From an uncultured Bacilli bacterium (GTDB lineage Bacteria > Bacillota_I > Bacilli_A > RF39 > UBA660), in the NCBI GenBank assembly GCA_944372275.1, contig CALVYO010000001.1, forward strand, positions 1 to 39,383: a stretch of DNA of 39,383 nt, read 5' to 3'. The notes beneath the pieces were generated by a model. It was not told the DNA's origin, did no database searches, and saw nothing but the letters and a program-made list of their open reading frames with translations. Shown piece by piece: positions 1 through 8,496 of this stretch; the first letter of the stretch is position 1, and the number at the start of each line of letters is the position of its first letter. The position numbers and the translations under genes were made by a program.

Positions 1-71
1 TTAAAAGCATTAAACAATCCATCAAAAAAGATAGATATAAATTCGTAAAAAAATCTTAAAAATGTATTCAT
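1..71 (-). CDS. 5' end of a hydrophobic protein gene running off the left edge (partial)
   Basis: Minus-strand ATG at 69-71, 3 nt after the stop (75-77) of the upstream gene. It reads MNTFLRFFYEFISIFFDGLFNAF.. with no stop before the window edge. Only 23 codons are visible. Confidence 0.35.
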   Translation of the reverse strand, partial: MNTFLRFFYEFISIFFDGLFNAF

Positions 72-74
72 AAA

Positions 75-2117
75 CTAATTCCCCCAATAACTTCCTACTT
101 TACTTGCGATATCATCGTAAGCAATTTTATTGTGTAATTCTTCTTTTATTGATGACAAAACATCAATAGATTCAAACATTTTCCCTTTTACTCTTTTATC
201 GATAAAGATGTATTCCATCGCCTCTATAACACCTTGATCTTTTGTATTTACTTTAGAAGCTTTTAAATCAACAGCAAATTTATATCCATCTTTAATTAAT
301 GTTTTAATTACTTTTTTATTTCTAGATAATTCTTCATATTGCGCTAAAACGATGATGTTATTCTTTGCATATTCATCGGCAAATAAGTTAAATATTTTAT
401 CTAATTTATTTGTTTTAGTATATAAACTTTCTGGTAAATAGAATATATATTTTTTATTAAAATCCGCATTCAACACATCTTTAACAATTTGGACTAATAA
501 TAAAGTTAATAATACTTCTATTTTATCTTCGGCAACAATACCATCAGAATAAGTTTTATCAACAATATAATCACTATATACTTTACTAAAATTAATATTA
601 TGGTTTAATTCAACTGCATAAATATTTTTAATTGATAAAGCATTATAATTTAATTCAAACAAAGTTGTTTCTAATTTTTCCAAAACTACTTTAATAGCAG
701 ATTTATAAGTCTTTTGAATTTTTAAAATCTTACTTATCATTTCATTGATTGTTTTTGGATCAACTTCAGTACCGATATATTTAATCATTTTATTTTTATA
801 AGTTTGTTTTTTTATTTTATTGTCATCGATAACTAAATATGTATGTTCTAAATGTATTAATAAAGTAAAGATATTAGTATATTTTTTTACCTTTTCACTA
901 TACTTATTATCAGTTCCTTTATATGATTTTAACATTTTTTCTGCAGATTCTTTTAAAGCAGTTTCAAGTCTTACATTCATATTGCGTCCATTATATTCAA
1001 CATTGATGTCGCCACAATAATTATAGTATTTACCATCGATATAAATCTTTAAAAAATTATCTTTAATAGTTGCTTCATTTGTTTTTAATGGTTCTCCATT
1101 ATTTAAAACATCGATTATCTCTTTTATTTCTTCCTCTTTCATAAACATTACTTTTTCAATAATATTTTTGAATTTTTTCTTTTTATTTTGTAACATTTCA
1201 AGTTTTAATTCAACTTCGTCAACTTTTTCTTCTTCATCTTTTTCCACAACTACTGGTTCTTCTTCAACTTCAATTTTTTTAGCATAAGCATTTTCGATTT
1301 CATCTTTATCTACTTGAATCATTCTAAAGTACATTGTTTTATCTAAATCTTCTGCTTCTAATGGTTTCAAATCGGTAATTGTTTCGTCAATATTTTCATC
1401 TTTAACTTCTTCAACTTTTGTAACTTTTACTTCATTATTTTCTTCTTTAATTTCATTTTTGATAACTTCTTTAGGTTTTAATTCTTCTTTAACATAATTA
1501 TCGTTAACTATTTTCTTATTATCTTTTTTTATTAACTTAATAATATTTTTACTAAATATTTTTAGTTTTTTCATTATATTTGCAACAATAATATCTAACT
1601 TACTCATCTTCTTTTCCTTCTTATTCTTTTTAAATGTTAAATTAACTAAATAAATAGTTATAATAATTGCTATTAAAACAATTGGATTAAAAATAGTTTT
1701 CTTAAATATTCCAAATGCTGGTAATATTTTTACAACTTTACCGACAATTTGTTCTTGTGTAATCGGATCATCTTTAGCATCGTTGGCATCACCTTTAGTA
1801 ACAAAAGTTCCTTGATATGCTTCAATAACACGATGGGTTATAAACTCACCATCTTGTTTAAAAGTAACAATATCATCTATTTTTATATTTCTTGAATATT
1901 TAACTACGATCCAATCTCCAGGTTCTACTGCTTCGCCCATACTACCAGTTTGAACTTCAAATACAGAATAACCAAAGAAACTTGAATAGTCATTACCTAA
2001 TAATTTTACTTGAATGTTGTTATAAATTGAAATCAATAAAACAACACCAAAAATAAAAATCAATATATTTAAGACAACATTAATAATTTTATCTGATATT
2101 TTTCCTTTATTTACCAT
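75..2117 (-). CDS. sipW: SipW-type (ER/archaeal-type) signal peptidase I fused to a ~500-aa cytoplasmic C-terminal extension
   Basis: 680-aa ORF. An N-terminal TM helix is followed by QTGSMGEAVEPGD (Ser box), FITHRV (His box) and TKGDANDAKD (Asp box), as in B. subtilis SipW. A second TM follows (IFNPIVLIAIIITIYLVNLTF). Then come a ~170-aa K/E-rich low-complexity linker and a ~340-aa globular region that ordinary SipW lacks. Confidence 0.85.
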   Translation of the reverse strand: MVNKGKISDKIINVVLNILIFIFGVVLLISIYNNIQVKLLGNDYSSFFGYSVFEVQTGSMGEAVEPGDWIVVKYSRNIKIDDIVTFKQDGEFITHRVIEAYQGTFVTKGDANDAKDDPITQEQIVGKVVKILPAFGIFKKTIFNPIVLIAIIITIYLVNLTFKKNKKEKKMSKLDIIVANIMKKLKIFSKNIIKLIKKDNKKIVNDNYVKEELKPKEVIKNEIKEENNEVKVTKVEEVKDENIDETITDLKPLEAEDLDKTMYFRMIQVDKDEIENAYAKKIEVEEEPVVVEKDEEEKVDEVELKLEMLQNKKKKFKNIIEKVMFMKEEEIKEIIDVLNNGEPLKTNEATIKDNFLKIYIDGKYYNYCGDINVEYNGRNMNVRLETALKESAEKMLKSYKGTDNKYSEKVKKYTNIFTLLIHLEHTYLVIDDNKIKKQTYKNKMIKYIGTEVDPKTINEMISKILKIQKTYKSAIKVVLEKLETTLFELNYNALSIKNIYAVELNHNINFSKVYSDYIVDKTYSDGIVAEDKIEVLLTLLLVQIVKDVLNADFNKKYIFYLPESLYTKTNKLDKIFNLFADEYAKNNIIVLAQYEELSRNKKVIKTLIKDGYKFAVDLKASKVNTKDQGVIEAMEYIFIDKRVKGKMFESIDVLSSIKEELHNKIAYDDIASKVGSYWGN

Positions 2118-2198
2118 ACTATATCAACCCTATCTTCGACTCTTTTCATACTATATATAATTTTACCATATTCGACATTTTTTTACAATACAAAAAAT

Positions 2199-2223
2199 CA
2201 AAAAAAAGAATGTTTATTCATTC
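2199..2223 (-). terminator. weak intrinsic terminator after the 534-aa gene
   Basis: Minus strand reads GAATG-aataaa-CATTC followed by TTTTTTTT. The stem is only 5 bp and the stop codon lies in the loop. Confidence 0.35.
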
Positions 2224-3818
2224 TCTTTAATTTCTTTAGCAATAATTTTTTCAACTTGAACCATAAACCAAATTTTTTCAACAGAAGTTTCACTTTTTTC
2301 AATTTTACTAACTCGTAATATTAACAATATTTTATTAAGTAGAGTTTTTAAACTATCTTCGTTTAAATCATCTTCAGTAATATTAATACTATTTAAACGG
2401 TATTTGTTACTAATTGTCTTAGCAATATTATTTTCTTTAAAAATTGGTACTCCTGTAATAATAATATTGGTTGGATTCATCGCAAACAAATCAAAATTAT
2501 CGCTATATTTAATAATTTCTTCATATTCTGTCATATTATAAATTTTTTGAATAGTTAATTTTTTAAAATAATCAAAACTATAATATAAATGCAAAACATC
2601 AGAAATAGTTAATGTTTCAGTTAATACCATCATTATTTTATCTTTAAAATATTCAATATCGTAAGTTTTATATAACTCATATAATTCATTAGCCTTCATA
2701 ACCGATTGCAGTTTTAATTGTTTTAAACCACTATCTGATCTAAATTCAAACAAACCGGGACGACCACTGAATATTTTTTTATTTAATTTTTCTAATTCAT
2801 TTTCTTTATTTTCAATTTCATCAATAATAGTTTTTAAACCTTTATACTCTTTCTTATCAGTAGCCAATAATTTTTCGTATTCATCTTTAAAATGTTTAAA
2901 AATAGGATAAAATTCTAAATAATTTTGATATTCTATAACATTCAACTTCAATTTTTCTAAAGCAGGTAATACTTTTTCAACATCTTTAACCTCAGGAATT
3001 AAAGATTCAAAAGCAGTTTGTCTTCCTTTACTATCATTTAAATATTGTTCGATATCTAATTCTTTAGTTTTTGCCATAGCAATTATATCACTGATAGTTT
3101 CTTTACTTGCTATATTTAAATCAATATAAGCATCTTGTAATTTTTCTAAACAATGAGCGTAATCCTTAATATTATTTTTATCCATAACTTCTTTTTGAAG
3201 TTCTAAAATATAATGATTTAATTTTCGACCATTCTTTTTAATTAATTTTCTAAAATTTAATTCAATATGGTGGATAAGTTCAGGATTAACCCAATATATT
3301 TGTTCAAAGATTTCTGAAACTTTATCATAACTATCTAATCTTCGATTACGAACTTCTAAAAAAGCAGTCATATATTCGTGAACATAACAAGTATAATTGA
3401 AATCATCACTTTCTAGATGGATACCTGCTTGTTCAAATTTATCTAAGAAACCATTTATAATTTCATTTAAAGATTTAAAATTAAATGTATCATAATTATT
3501 AATTTGATATAATAACTCATCAAAACACATTTTTTCTAAATATGTATTAGTTGGATTTAAAAGAAATTTAACATTTTCTAATTTTTCTAGCCTTTCTGTC
3601 AATTTATCTAAATCAGATGTTTCTTTTATTTCAAAACTTTTCGCTTTAGCAATTAAATAATTTCTTGTATTTGTTTGATATTCTTCATATTTTTTAATAA
3701 TTTCATCGATTGTTTCATTGAATTTTTTCTTATTTGTTTTCGTCTTAGTTGGCATAGTGGAAATCAATGTCTTTTTAGCCTCAATATCTTTATTAATAAA
3801 ATCTAAAAAATTATTCAT
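2214..3818 (-). CDS. hypothetical 534-aa soluble, K/E-rich, probably coiled-coil protein; no signal peptide or TM
   Basis: Long uninterrupted ORF. Its ATG overlaps the stop of the upstream 47-aa ORF (ATGAATAA). No recognisable catalytic motifs. Confidence 0.8.
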   Translation of the reverse strand: MNNFLDFINKDIEAKKTLISTMPTKTKTNKKKFNETIDEIIKKYEEYQTNTRNYLIAKAKSFEIKETSDLDKLTERLEKLENVKFLLNPTNTYLEKMCFDELLYQINNYDTFNFKSLNEIINGFLDKFEQAGIHLESDDFNYTCYVHEYMTAFLEVRNRRLDSYDKVSEIFEQIYWVNPELIHHIELNFRKLIKKNGRKLNHYILELQKEVMDKNNIKDYAHCLEKLQDAYIDLNIASKETISDIIAMAKTKELDIEQYLNDSKGRQTAFESLIPEVKDVEKVLPALEKLKLNVIEYQNYLEFYPIFKHFKDEYEKLLATDKKEYKGLKTIIDEIENKENELEKLNKKIFSGRPGLFEFRSDSGLKQLKLQSVMKANELYELYKTYDIEYFKDKIMMVLTETLTISDVLHLYYSFDYFKKLTIQKIYNMTEYEEIIKYSDNFDLFAMNPTNIIITGVPIFKENNIAKTISNKYRLNSINITEDDLNEDSLKTLLNKILLILRVSKIEKSETSVEKIWFMVQVEKIIAKEIKENE

Positions 3819-3954
3819 CTTCCGTTTCCTCTTCTATTTCTATTTTACTTTCAACTAAAAATTGCGAAAAATCTGTAATATTTTGATAAACTTCAATTAA
3901 TTCTTTTAAAGTCAATGCTGATAAATCGAAATCAACTTTTTCTTCCCTTTTCAT
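3811..3954 (-). CDS. small acidic protein, 47 aa (not in the ORF track)
   Basis: ATG at 3952-3954 preceded by AAAGGTGAG. Reads MKREEKVDFDLSALTLKELIEVYQNITDFSQFLVESKIEIEEETEDE. Its stop overlaps the start of the 534-aa gene, suggesting translational coupling. It fills the gap between D1 and that gene. Confidence 0.45.
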   Translation of the reverse strand: MKREEKVDFDLSALTLKELIEVYQNITDFSQFLVESKIEIEEETEDE

Positions 3955-3971
3955 CTTCTCACCTTTTTCCC

Positions 3972-5018
3972 CTATTCATATCCTTGTGTATCTTTAATAA
4001 AATTCAATGAAATATATATTTCAGCACCATCAGAATCTGTTTCCAAACTATCGATATCTTGTCCTTCAATCCAAACATAAACACGAGTTTTGGTAATACC
4101 GTCTGGAACTGTAAACAATGGTACTTCAAAATCTTCATCAGTCATCGTTTCTTGTAGTTCAAAATAATTTGGATCAAGATTTGGTGAACCTGATACTGTA
4201 TTAGCAACAAATATTGGTCCACCAGCCCTAGTAAATGCATAAGTTGGAAATTCTTGGCCATTTACTAAATTAACGCCATACTTTGTTGCTCTTTCAATTG
4301 ATAAATCTGAATGATCTTTGCTATTTGGCTCAAAAATAATCGAATAACAATTATTATTACAAGATATATTCTGAACTTCAGTAGCAGAAGCATCTTTAGC
4401 AACAGACCCCATTTTAACAATTCCAACTCGTGAAGAATTTAATAAACCGACCATTTCTTCATCAGGATTTTCTTCAATTGTAATTGAAGTTCCATAATCA
4501 AAATACAAATTATCACTAGTTGGTGATCCTGAATCATTTTTAAAAAACAAATCAAATGCTATATAGTTATTGTACTCATTTCTTCCACCTTCATGCATTA
4601 AATTAGTCCGTACATAACCATTTTCTTTATCTTTATTAGGATACCTAACACCGCTACTTGCAAACATATTAAATATTGGACTATCGTGATTAGTTATTCC
4701 ATTTGAAGAAATAGGAACTAAACCTCCACCAGCCCATTGACTAGTATTATTAGGATAAGTATATCTTAATCCTCTAATAAGTTCATCAGCTGATATAACT
4801 ATATCAGTATCAAAATTAATGCCATCTAATGAGATTGATAATCCCGTATTCTTTTTAACTGTCATTGTAAATGTTTTTACTCTAACATTTAAATTGGTTG
4901 AAAACCACGCATATGTTGAAAAAATAAGCAAAATACCTATTATTACCATAATAGTAATCGTTACTTTTTTGTTAGTTTTTTCAATTATTCTTTTTTTTAA
5001 AGTATTTTGTTTTTTCAT
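3972..5018 (-). CDS. secreted TasA/camelysin-like fibre-subunit paralog, class D (D1, 348 aa)
   Basis: Basic N-terminus, TM helix, then FSTYAWFSTN. Shares GLSISLDG, GGLVPISS, YIAFDLFFKNDSG, FEPNS, PTYAF and ITKTRVYVWIEGQDID blocks with the B and C proteins. RBS is GGTGGTGA. Confidence 0.8.
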   Translation of the reverse strand: MKKQNTLKKRIIEKTNKKVTITIMVIIGILLIFSTYAWFSTNLNVRVKTFTMTVKKNTGLSISLDGINFDTDIVISADELIRGLRYTYPNNTSQWAGGGLVPISSNGITNHDSPIFNMFASSGVRYPNKDKENGYVRTNLMHEGGRNEYNNYIAFDLFFKNDSGSPTSDNLYFDYGTSITIEENPDEEMVGLLNSSRVGIVKMGSVAKDASATEVQNISCNNNCYSIIFEPNSKDHSDLSIERATKYGVNLVNGQEFPTYAFTRAGGPIFVANTVSGSPNLDPNYFELQETMTDEDFEVPLFTVPDGITKTRVYVWIEGQDIDSLETDSDGAEIYISLNFIKDTQGYE

Positions 5019-5079
5019 TTTTCACCACCTAATTAATAAAGGAAGAGTAATTAACCAAATTACTCTTCTTTATTATCAA

Positions 5080-6402
5080 TTATTCACCATTTGTTGGAGT
5101 AATATCTGTACTTGGTCCATCATATCCTGGAATATCTGCTTCAGTATATCTTTCTTTAGTGAATCCAAAATTAACTGTAATTTTCTTTCCTAATGATGCA
5201 AAATCATAGTTATCTACATCTTGACCTTCAATCCAAATGTAAACTCTTACTTTTGTAATACTATTTGGCGCTAAAGTCATAAATTGTGGACGATCTTTAC
5301 CAGCTATATTTTTCATTGTATCAGTAAAGTATCCAATTCCAGCATCTTCATCATAAGTCATATCAACTAAATTATAAGTACTTCTATCATCATCATTATA
5401 ATAAGTTGTATAATCGATTGTTGATTTAGTATAACCATTGTATGCTGCGCCATCATAAATATTAATATTATCAGCAATAGCAATTTCATTACTTATTGCA
5501 TATGTTGGATATGCTTGATTTAATTCAACAGTAGCACAATGACTACCTGCATTATATGAAGCAGCATCATTAACATCATCACCATCTGCTTTTCTTGTTA
5601 AACAAGATTTATCATACCAATTAACAGCATTTTGCACATGCACAGAATCATTTGGTTCCCAAATTCTTGCTTCTCTACAAATACCGGTTACTTGAACTTG
5701 TCCATCAGCAGCAGGAACATCAGAACAAGTAATTTTTGTAATGTTACTTACAGATTCAGTATCTGCTTTAACACGACCAATTTGTGCGAATGCAACCCTT
5801 ACAGAATTTTCAATACCTGCTTTTTCTTCGCCATCAGCAGCAACAGTAACTGCAGAATTAGTAGTTAAATAAATTGCTTCTTCGTTTAATGGATTATTTT
5901 GAGTATAATATTCATTACCTGATAAGTTTTTAATGAATAAATCGAATGCAACATAGCCATTACCTTCAACATATTCAGCAGAACCACTACCAACTTGTGT
6001 AGTATGATTATCAACTTGACTAGCTAATAATCTATAACCACCTGTAACAGCAGTCAAACTTCCTTTTTCATATAATTTCATTCTTGAAGAATTTTTATCC
6101 ATATCACCTACAGATGACATTGGAATTAATCCTTCATCTTCGCCATCTAACCATTGGTTAGCATGTCCAGTATAAGCATCAGCATTTCTAGCATCTAAAG
6201 TATATTTCCATTTTTGACCATCCATTGATAGGTATAAGCCTTCAGTTGTTGCTATATTAACGCTAAATTCAGCTACATTAACAGTTTTCATACCTATAAA
6301 CCAAGCATAGGTTGAAACTGATAATAAGATAGCACATAAGCAACACATAGCAACTAAATTTCTAACTTTTTTGCTTTTTTTAGCATTATATTTTTTTGCC
6401 AT
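5080..6402 (-). CDS. secreted TasA/camelysin-like fibre-subunit paralog, class C (C1, 440 aa)
   Basis: N-terminus K-rich, TM, then SVSTYAWFIGMKTVNV. C-terminus reads ITKVRVYIWIEGQDVDNYDFASLGKKITVNFGFTKE. Four conserved Cys. RBS is AGGAGGAA. Closest paralog is C2. Confidence 0.85.
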   Translation of the reverse strand: MAKKYNAKKSKKVRNLVAMCCLCAILLSVSTYAWFIGMKTVNVAEFSVNIATTEGLYLSMDGQKWKYTLDARNADAYTGHANQWLDGEDEGLIPMSSVGDMDKNSSRMKLYEKGSLTAVTGGYRLLASQVDNHTTQVGSGSAEYVEGNGYVAFDLFIKNLSGNEYYTQNNPLNEEAIYLTTNSAVTVAADGEEKAGIENSVRVAFAQIGRVKADTESVSNITKITCSDVPAADGQVQVTGICREARIWEPNDSVHVQNAVNWYDKSCLTRKADGDDVNDAASYNAGSHCATVELNQAYPTYAISNEIAIADNINIYDGAAYNGYTKSTIDYTTYYNDDDRSTYNLVDMTYDEDAGIGYFTDTMKNIAGKDRPQFMTLAPNSITKVRVYIWIEGQDVDNYDFASLGKKITVNFGFTKERYTEADIPGYDGPSTDITPTNGE

Positions 6403-6428
6403 ATTTCCTCCTATATATAATTTTAGTA

Positions 6429-6459
6429 AACTAGAAGATTTTAATTAAATCTCCTAGTT
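6429..6459 (-). promoter_or_regulatory. intercistronic 12-bp hairpin between B1 and C1
   Basis: aactagaagatt (6429-6440) pairs with aatctcctagtt (6448-6459), giving one G-U on the minus-strand RNA. There is no U-tract on the coding (minus) strand. The B2-C2 junction has no equivalent. Confidence 0.45.
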
Positions 6460-6468
6460 ACTTATTTT

Positions 6469-7710
6469 TTATTCACCTGATGTTGGTCTCTTATCAACAT
6501 CTACTGGTAATTGTGGATCACCATCATATTCAATATCTTCACCATATAATTGTTCTTTAGTGAATCCGAATGAAACTGAGATTTGTCCTCCTAATGAAGC
6601 AAAATCATAGTTATCTACATCTTGACCTTCAATCCAAATATAAACTCTTACTTTTGTAATACTATTTGGTGCTAAATAGAATAATTCAGGTCTTTCAGTT
6701 CCTTTTAAATTTTTCATTGAATCTGTGAAAGTAGATACTTTCATTAATTTACCATCTTGTGCAGTAGTACTAACCGAAGTTGTCCAACTATTATATTCAG
6801 CGCCATCATATACATCTACTCCATCTGTATAATTAATTACACCACTTACTGCATATGTTGGAACGAATGTACCATCACTAACAGTACCACAAGTACCATT
6901 AAATGAAGCAGGATCTGTAATAGTTTGAGCAATTCTTTTTACACATGATGTAGTATACCAATTAATAGCATTTTGAACGTGTTTAGTATCGTTTGGTTCC
7001 CAAATTGTAGCATCACGATTAGCACAAATGGCAGATACACCATTACCACCAGTACAATCAATACCTTGAATTTTTGCAGTATTTTCTTCCGTAGCAATTA
7101 CACGACCAATTTGTGCGAAAGCAACTCTTACTGAATTTTCAATACCTGCAGTTTCTTCACCAGCAGCACCAGTTTTAACAGCTGATTGTGGAGTTAAATA
7201 AATTCCTTCTTCATTTAAAATATTAACTTCATCATAATATTCATTACCTGATAAGTTTTTAACAAATAAGTCAAATGCAACATAACCATCTTGTTCAGCA
7301 TCAGTATTTTCAACTTTACTTGCCATTACACGATAACCACCAGGTGAAGCAGTAAAGCTACCTTTTTCATATAAAATCAAATTTGATGAAGTAGTATCGA
7401 TTTTTCCAACTGATGACATTGGAATTAATCCATCACCACCCCAACTATTAGTATTTGTTAAATATGTTCCATCACCAGGAGTGTTATAATTATCTTCGTT
7501 AATTGTCACAGAATCACTGAAAGTCGTACCATCTAATGAAAGTGATAATCCATCGATAGCAGCAATTTTTACATCGAAAGCAGTAACATTAACAGTTTTC
7601 ATACCAATAAACCATGCATAGGTTGAAACTGATAAAATGATAGCACATAAACCAGTTCCAACAAGTAATCTTTTAACACGCTTTTCGTGTCTCTTATTTC
7701 TTTTTTCCAT
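6469..7710 (-). CDS. secreted TasA/camelysin-like fibre-subunit paralog, class B (B1, 413 aa)
   Basis: N-terminus MEKRNKRHEKRVKR, TM, then SVSTYAWFIGMKTVNV. C-terminus reads ITKVRVYIWIEGQDVDNYDFASLGGQISVSFGFTKE. Four conserved Cys. Confidence 0.85.
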   Translation of the reverse strand: MEKRNKRHEKRVKRLLVGTGLCAIILSVSTYAWFIGMKTVNVTAFDVKIAAIDGLSLSLDGTTFSDSVTINEDNYNTPGDGTYLTNTNSWGGDGLIPMSSVGKIDTTSSNLILYEKGSFTASPGGYRVMASKVENTDAEQDGYVAFDLFVKNLSGNEYYDEVNILNEEGIYLTPQSAVKTGAAGEETAGIENSVRVAFAQIGRVIATEENTAKIQGIDCTGGNGVSAICANRDATIWEPNDTKHVQNAINWYTTSCVKRIAQTITDPASFNGTCGTVSDGTFVPTYAVSGVINYTDGVDVYDGAEYNSWTTSVSTTAQDGKLMKVSTFTDSMKNLKGTERPELFYLAPNSITKVRVYIWIEGQDVDNYDFASLGGQISVSFGFTKEQLYGEDIEYDGDPQLPVDVDKRPTSGE

Positions 7711-7730
7711 ATGTACCTCTCTCTTTAAAA

Positions 7731-8429
7731 TTAATAATTTTCAACATACTCTGAATTAAAGTCCATATAAACAGAAAATTCACCACCTAAGATATCGTCT
7801 GTACATTCAGGATCACTACCTTCAACCCAAATGACAATTGTGTATTTATCGATATCTCCTGGTTTAAAATTATCAACCTTATTACGGGCAACTAAACTTT
7901 CTTCTAAAAATGCAGTCGTATCTGGCTCATTGGCTCCATTTTTAGCAGCTTTAGCATAAGTAATTTGGTCTCCATTACGATAAACTCTAATTCTAACAGC
8001 ATCGTCGATTTCTTTGATAACATCTGTGATAAAAAGTTCTCTCCAATAGCTAGTAATCTCATTTCCAATATTCTCAACAAAAAATGTGTAAGCAAGGTAT
8101 TCTGTACCGTTATGTGACCCCCCGTCACTTTCATTTAAATCATTAGGTAACCAATTACCAGATATATTTGTAAATGTCTTAGGTGAAGCGATTGATAATT
8201 CTGCTCGATACACTTTATAGTCTGGATCATCGTAAATGACAATACCTCTACTAAAGTATAAGTTTTTATCAAGTGTTATACTAAAATTACCACTATTATA
8301 AATAATACCTATAACCACATACAAAAGAATAAATAGGAAAAGGATTACTAATAAAGCTATTCGAAAGATTTTTTTGAGTTTTTTTTCAGTTTTGATTTTC
8401 TTTGAATTAAGCTTAATCTTGTTTTCCAT
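7731..8429 (-). CDS. membrane-anchored TasA-like protein, class A (A1, 232 aa), first gene of cassette 1
   Basis: K-rich N-terminus and a long TM (IFRIALLVILFLFILLYVVIGIIY), but no (S/T)-(Y/L)-(A/S) motif. C-terminus YTIVIWVEGSDPECTDDILGGEFSVYMDF resembles the B/C/D C-terminal strand motif. RBS is GAAGGGG. Confidence 0.8.
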   Translation of the reverse strand: MENKIKLNSKKIKTEKKLKKIFRIALLVILFLFILLYVVIGIIYNSGNFSITLDKNLYFSRGIVIYDDPDYKVYRAELSIASPKTFTNISGNWLPNDLNESDGGSHNGTEYLAYTFFVENIGNEITSYWRELFITDVIKEIDDAVRIRVYRNGDQITYAKAAKNGANEPDTTAFLEESLVARNKVDNFKPGDIDKYTIVIWVEGSDPECTDDILGGEFSVYMDFNSEYVENY

Positions 8430-8496
8430 AACTCATACCCCTTCATATTTAACCTATTTGATTAGGCTTCTATGATATTCTTTACAATATAACTAT

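Noticed and set aside
820-1020. Short antisense or overlapping ORFs: 820-1020, 11417-11680, 12911-13102, 13849-14037, 22246-22557, 26939-27268, 34582-34818, 36911-37186 and 39016-39222.
   Set aside because: Each is antisense to, or overlaps, a longer gene with clear family motifs (sipW fusion, pseudo-SipW, 178-aa, 1096-aa, lexA, eno, yebC/rnc, SPFH, C26 hydrolase). None has an RBS or recognisable motifs.
4819-5868. Plus-strand ORFs 4819-5193 and 5632-5868, antisense to D1 and C1. The same applies to 18950-19273 and 19048-19341, antisense to B2.
   Set aside because: They lie entirely inside well-supported minus-strand genes. Their translations are low-complexity, Cys/Phe/Ile-rich nonsense with no RBS. 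They probably arise because the B and C genes are visibly less AT-rich than the rest of the window, so antisense stop codons are rarer.
7904-8134. Alternative-frame 76-aa ORF inside A1 on the same strand.
   Set aside because: It is nested in the A1 reading frame, which is conserved with A2. No independent signals support it.
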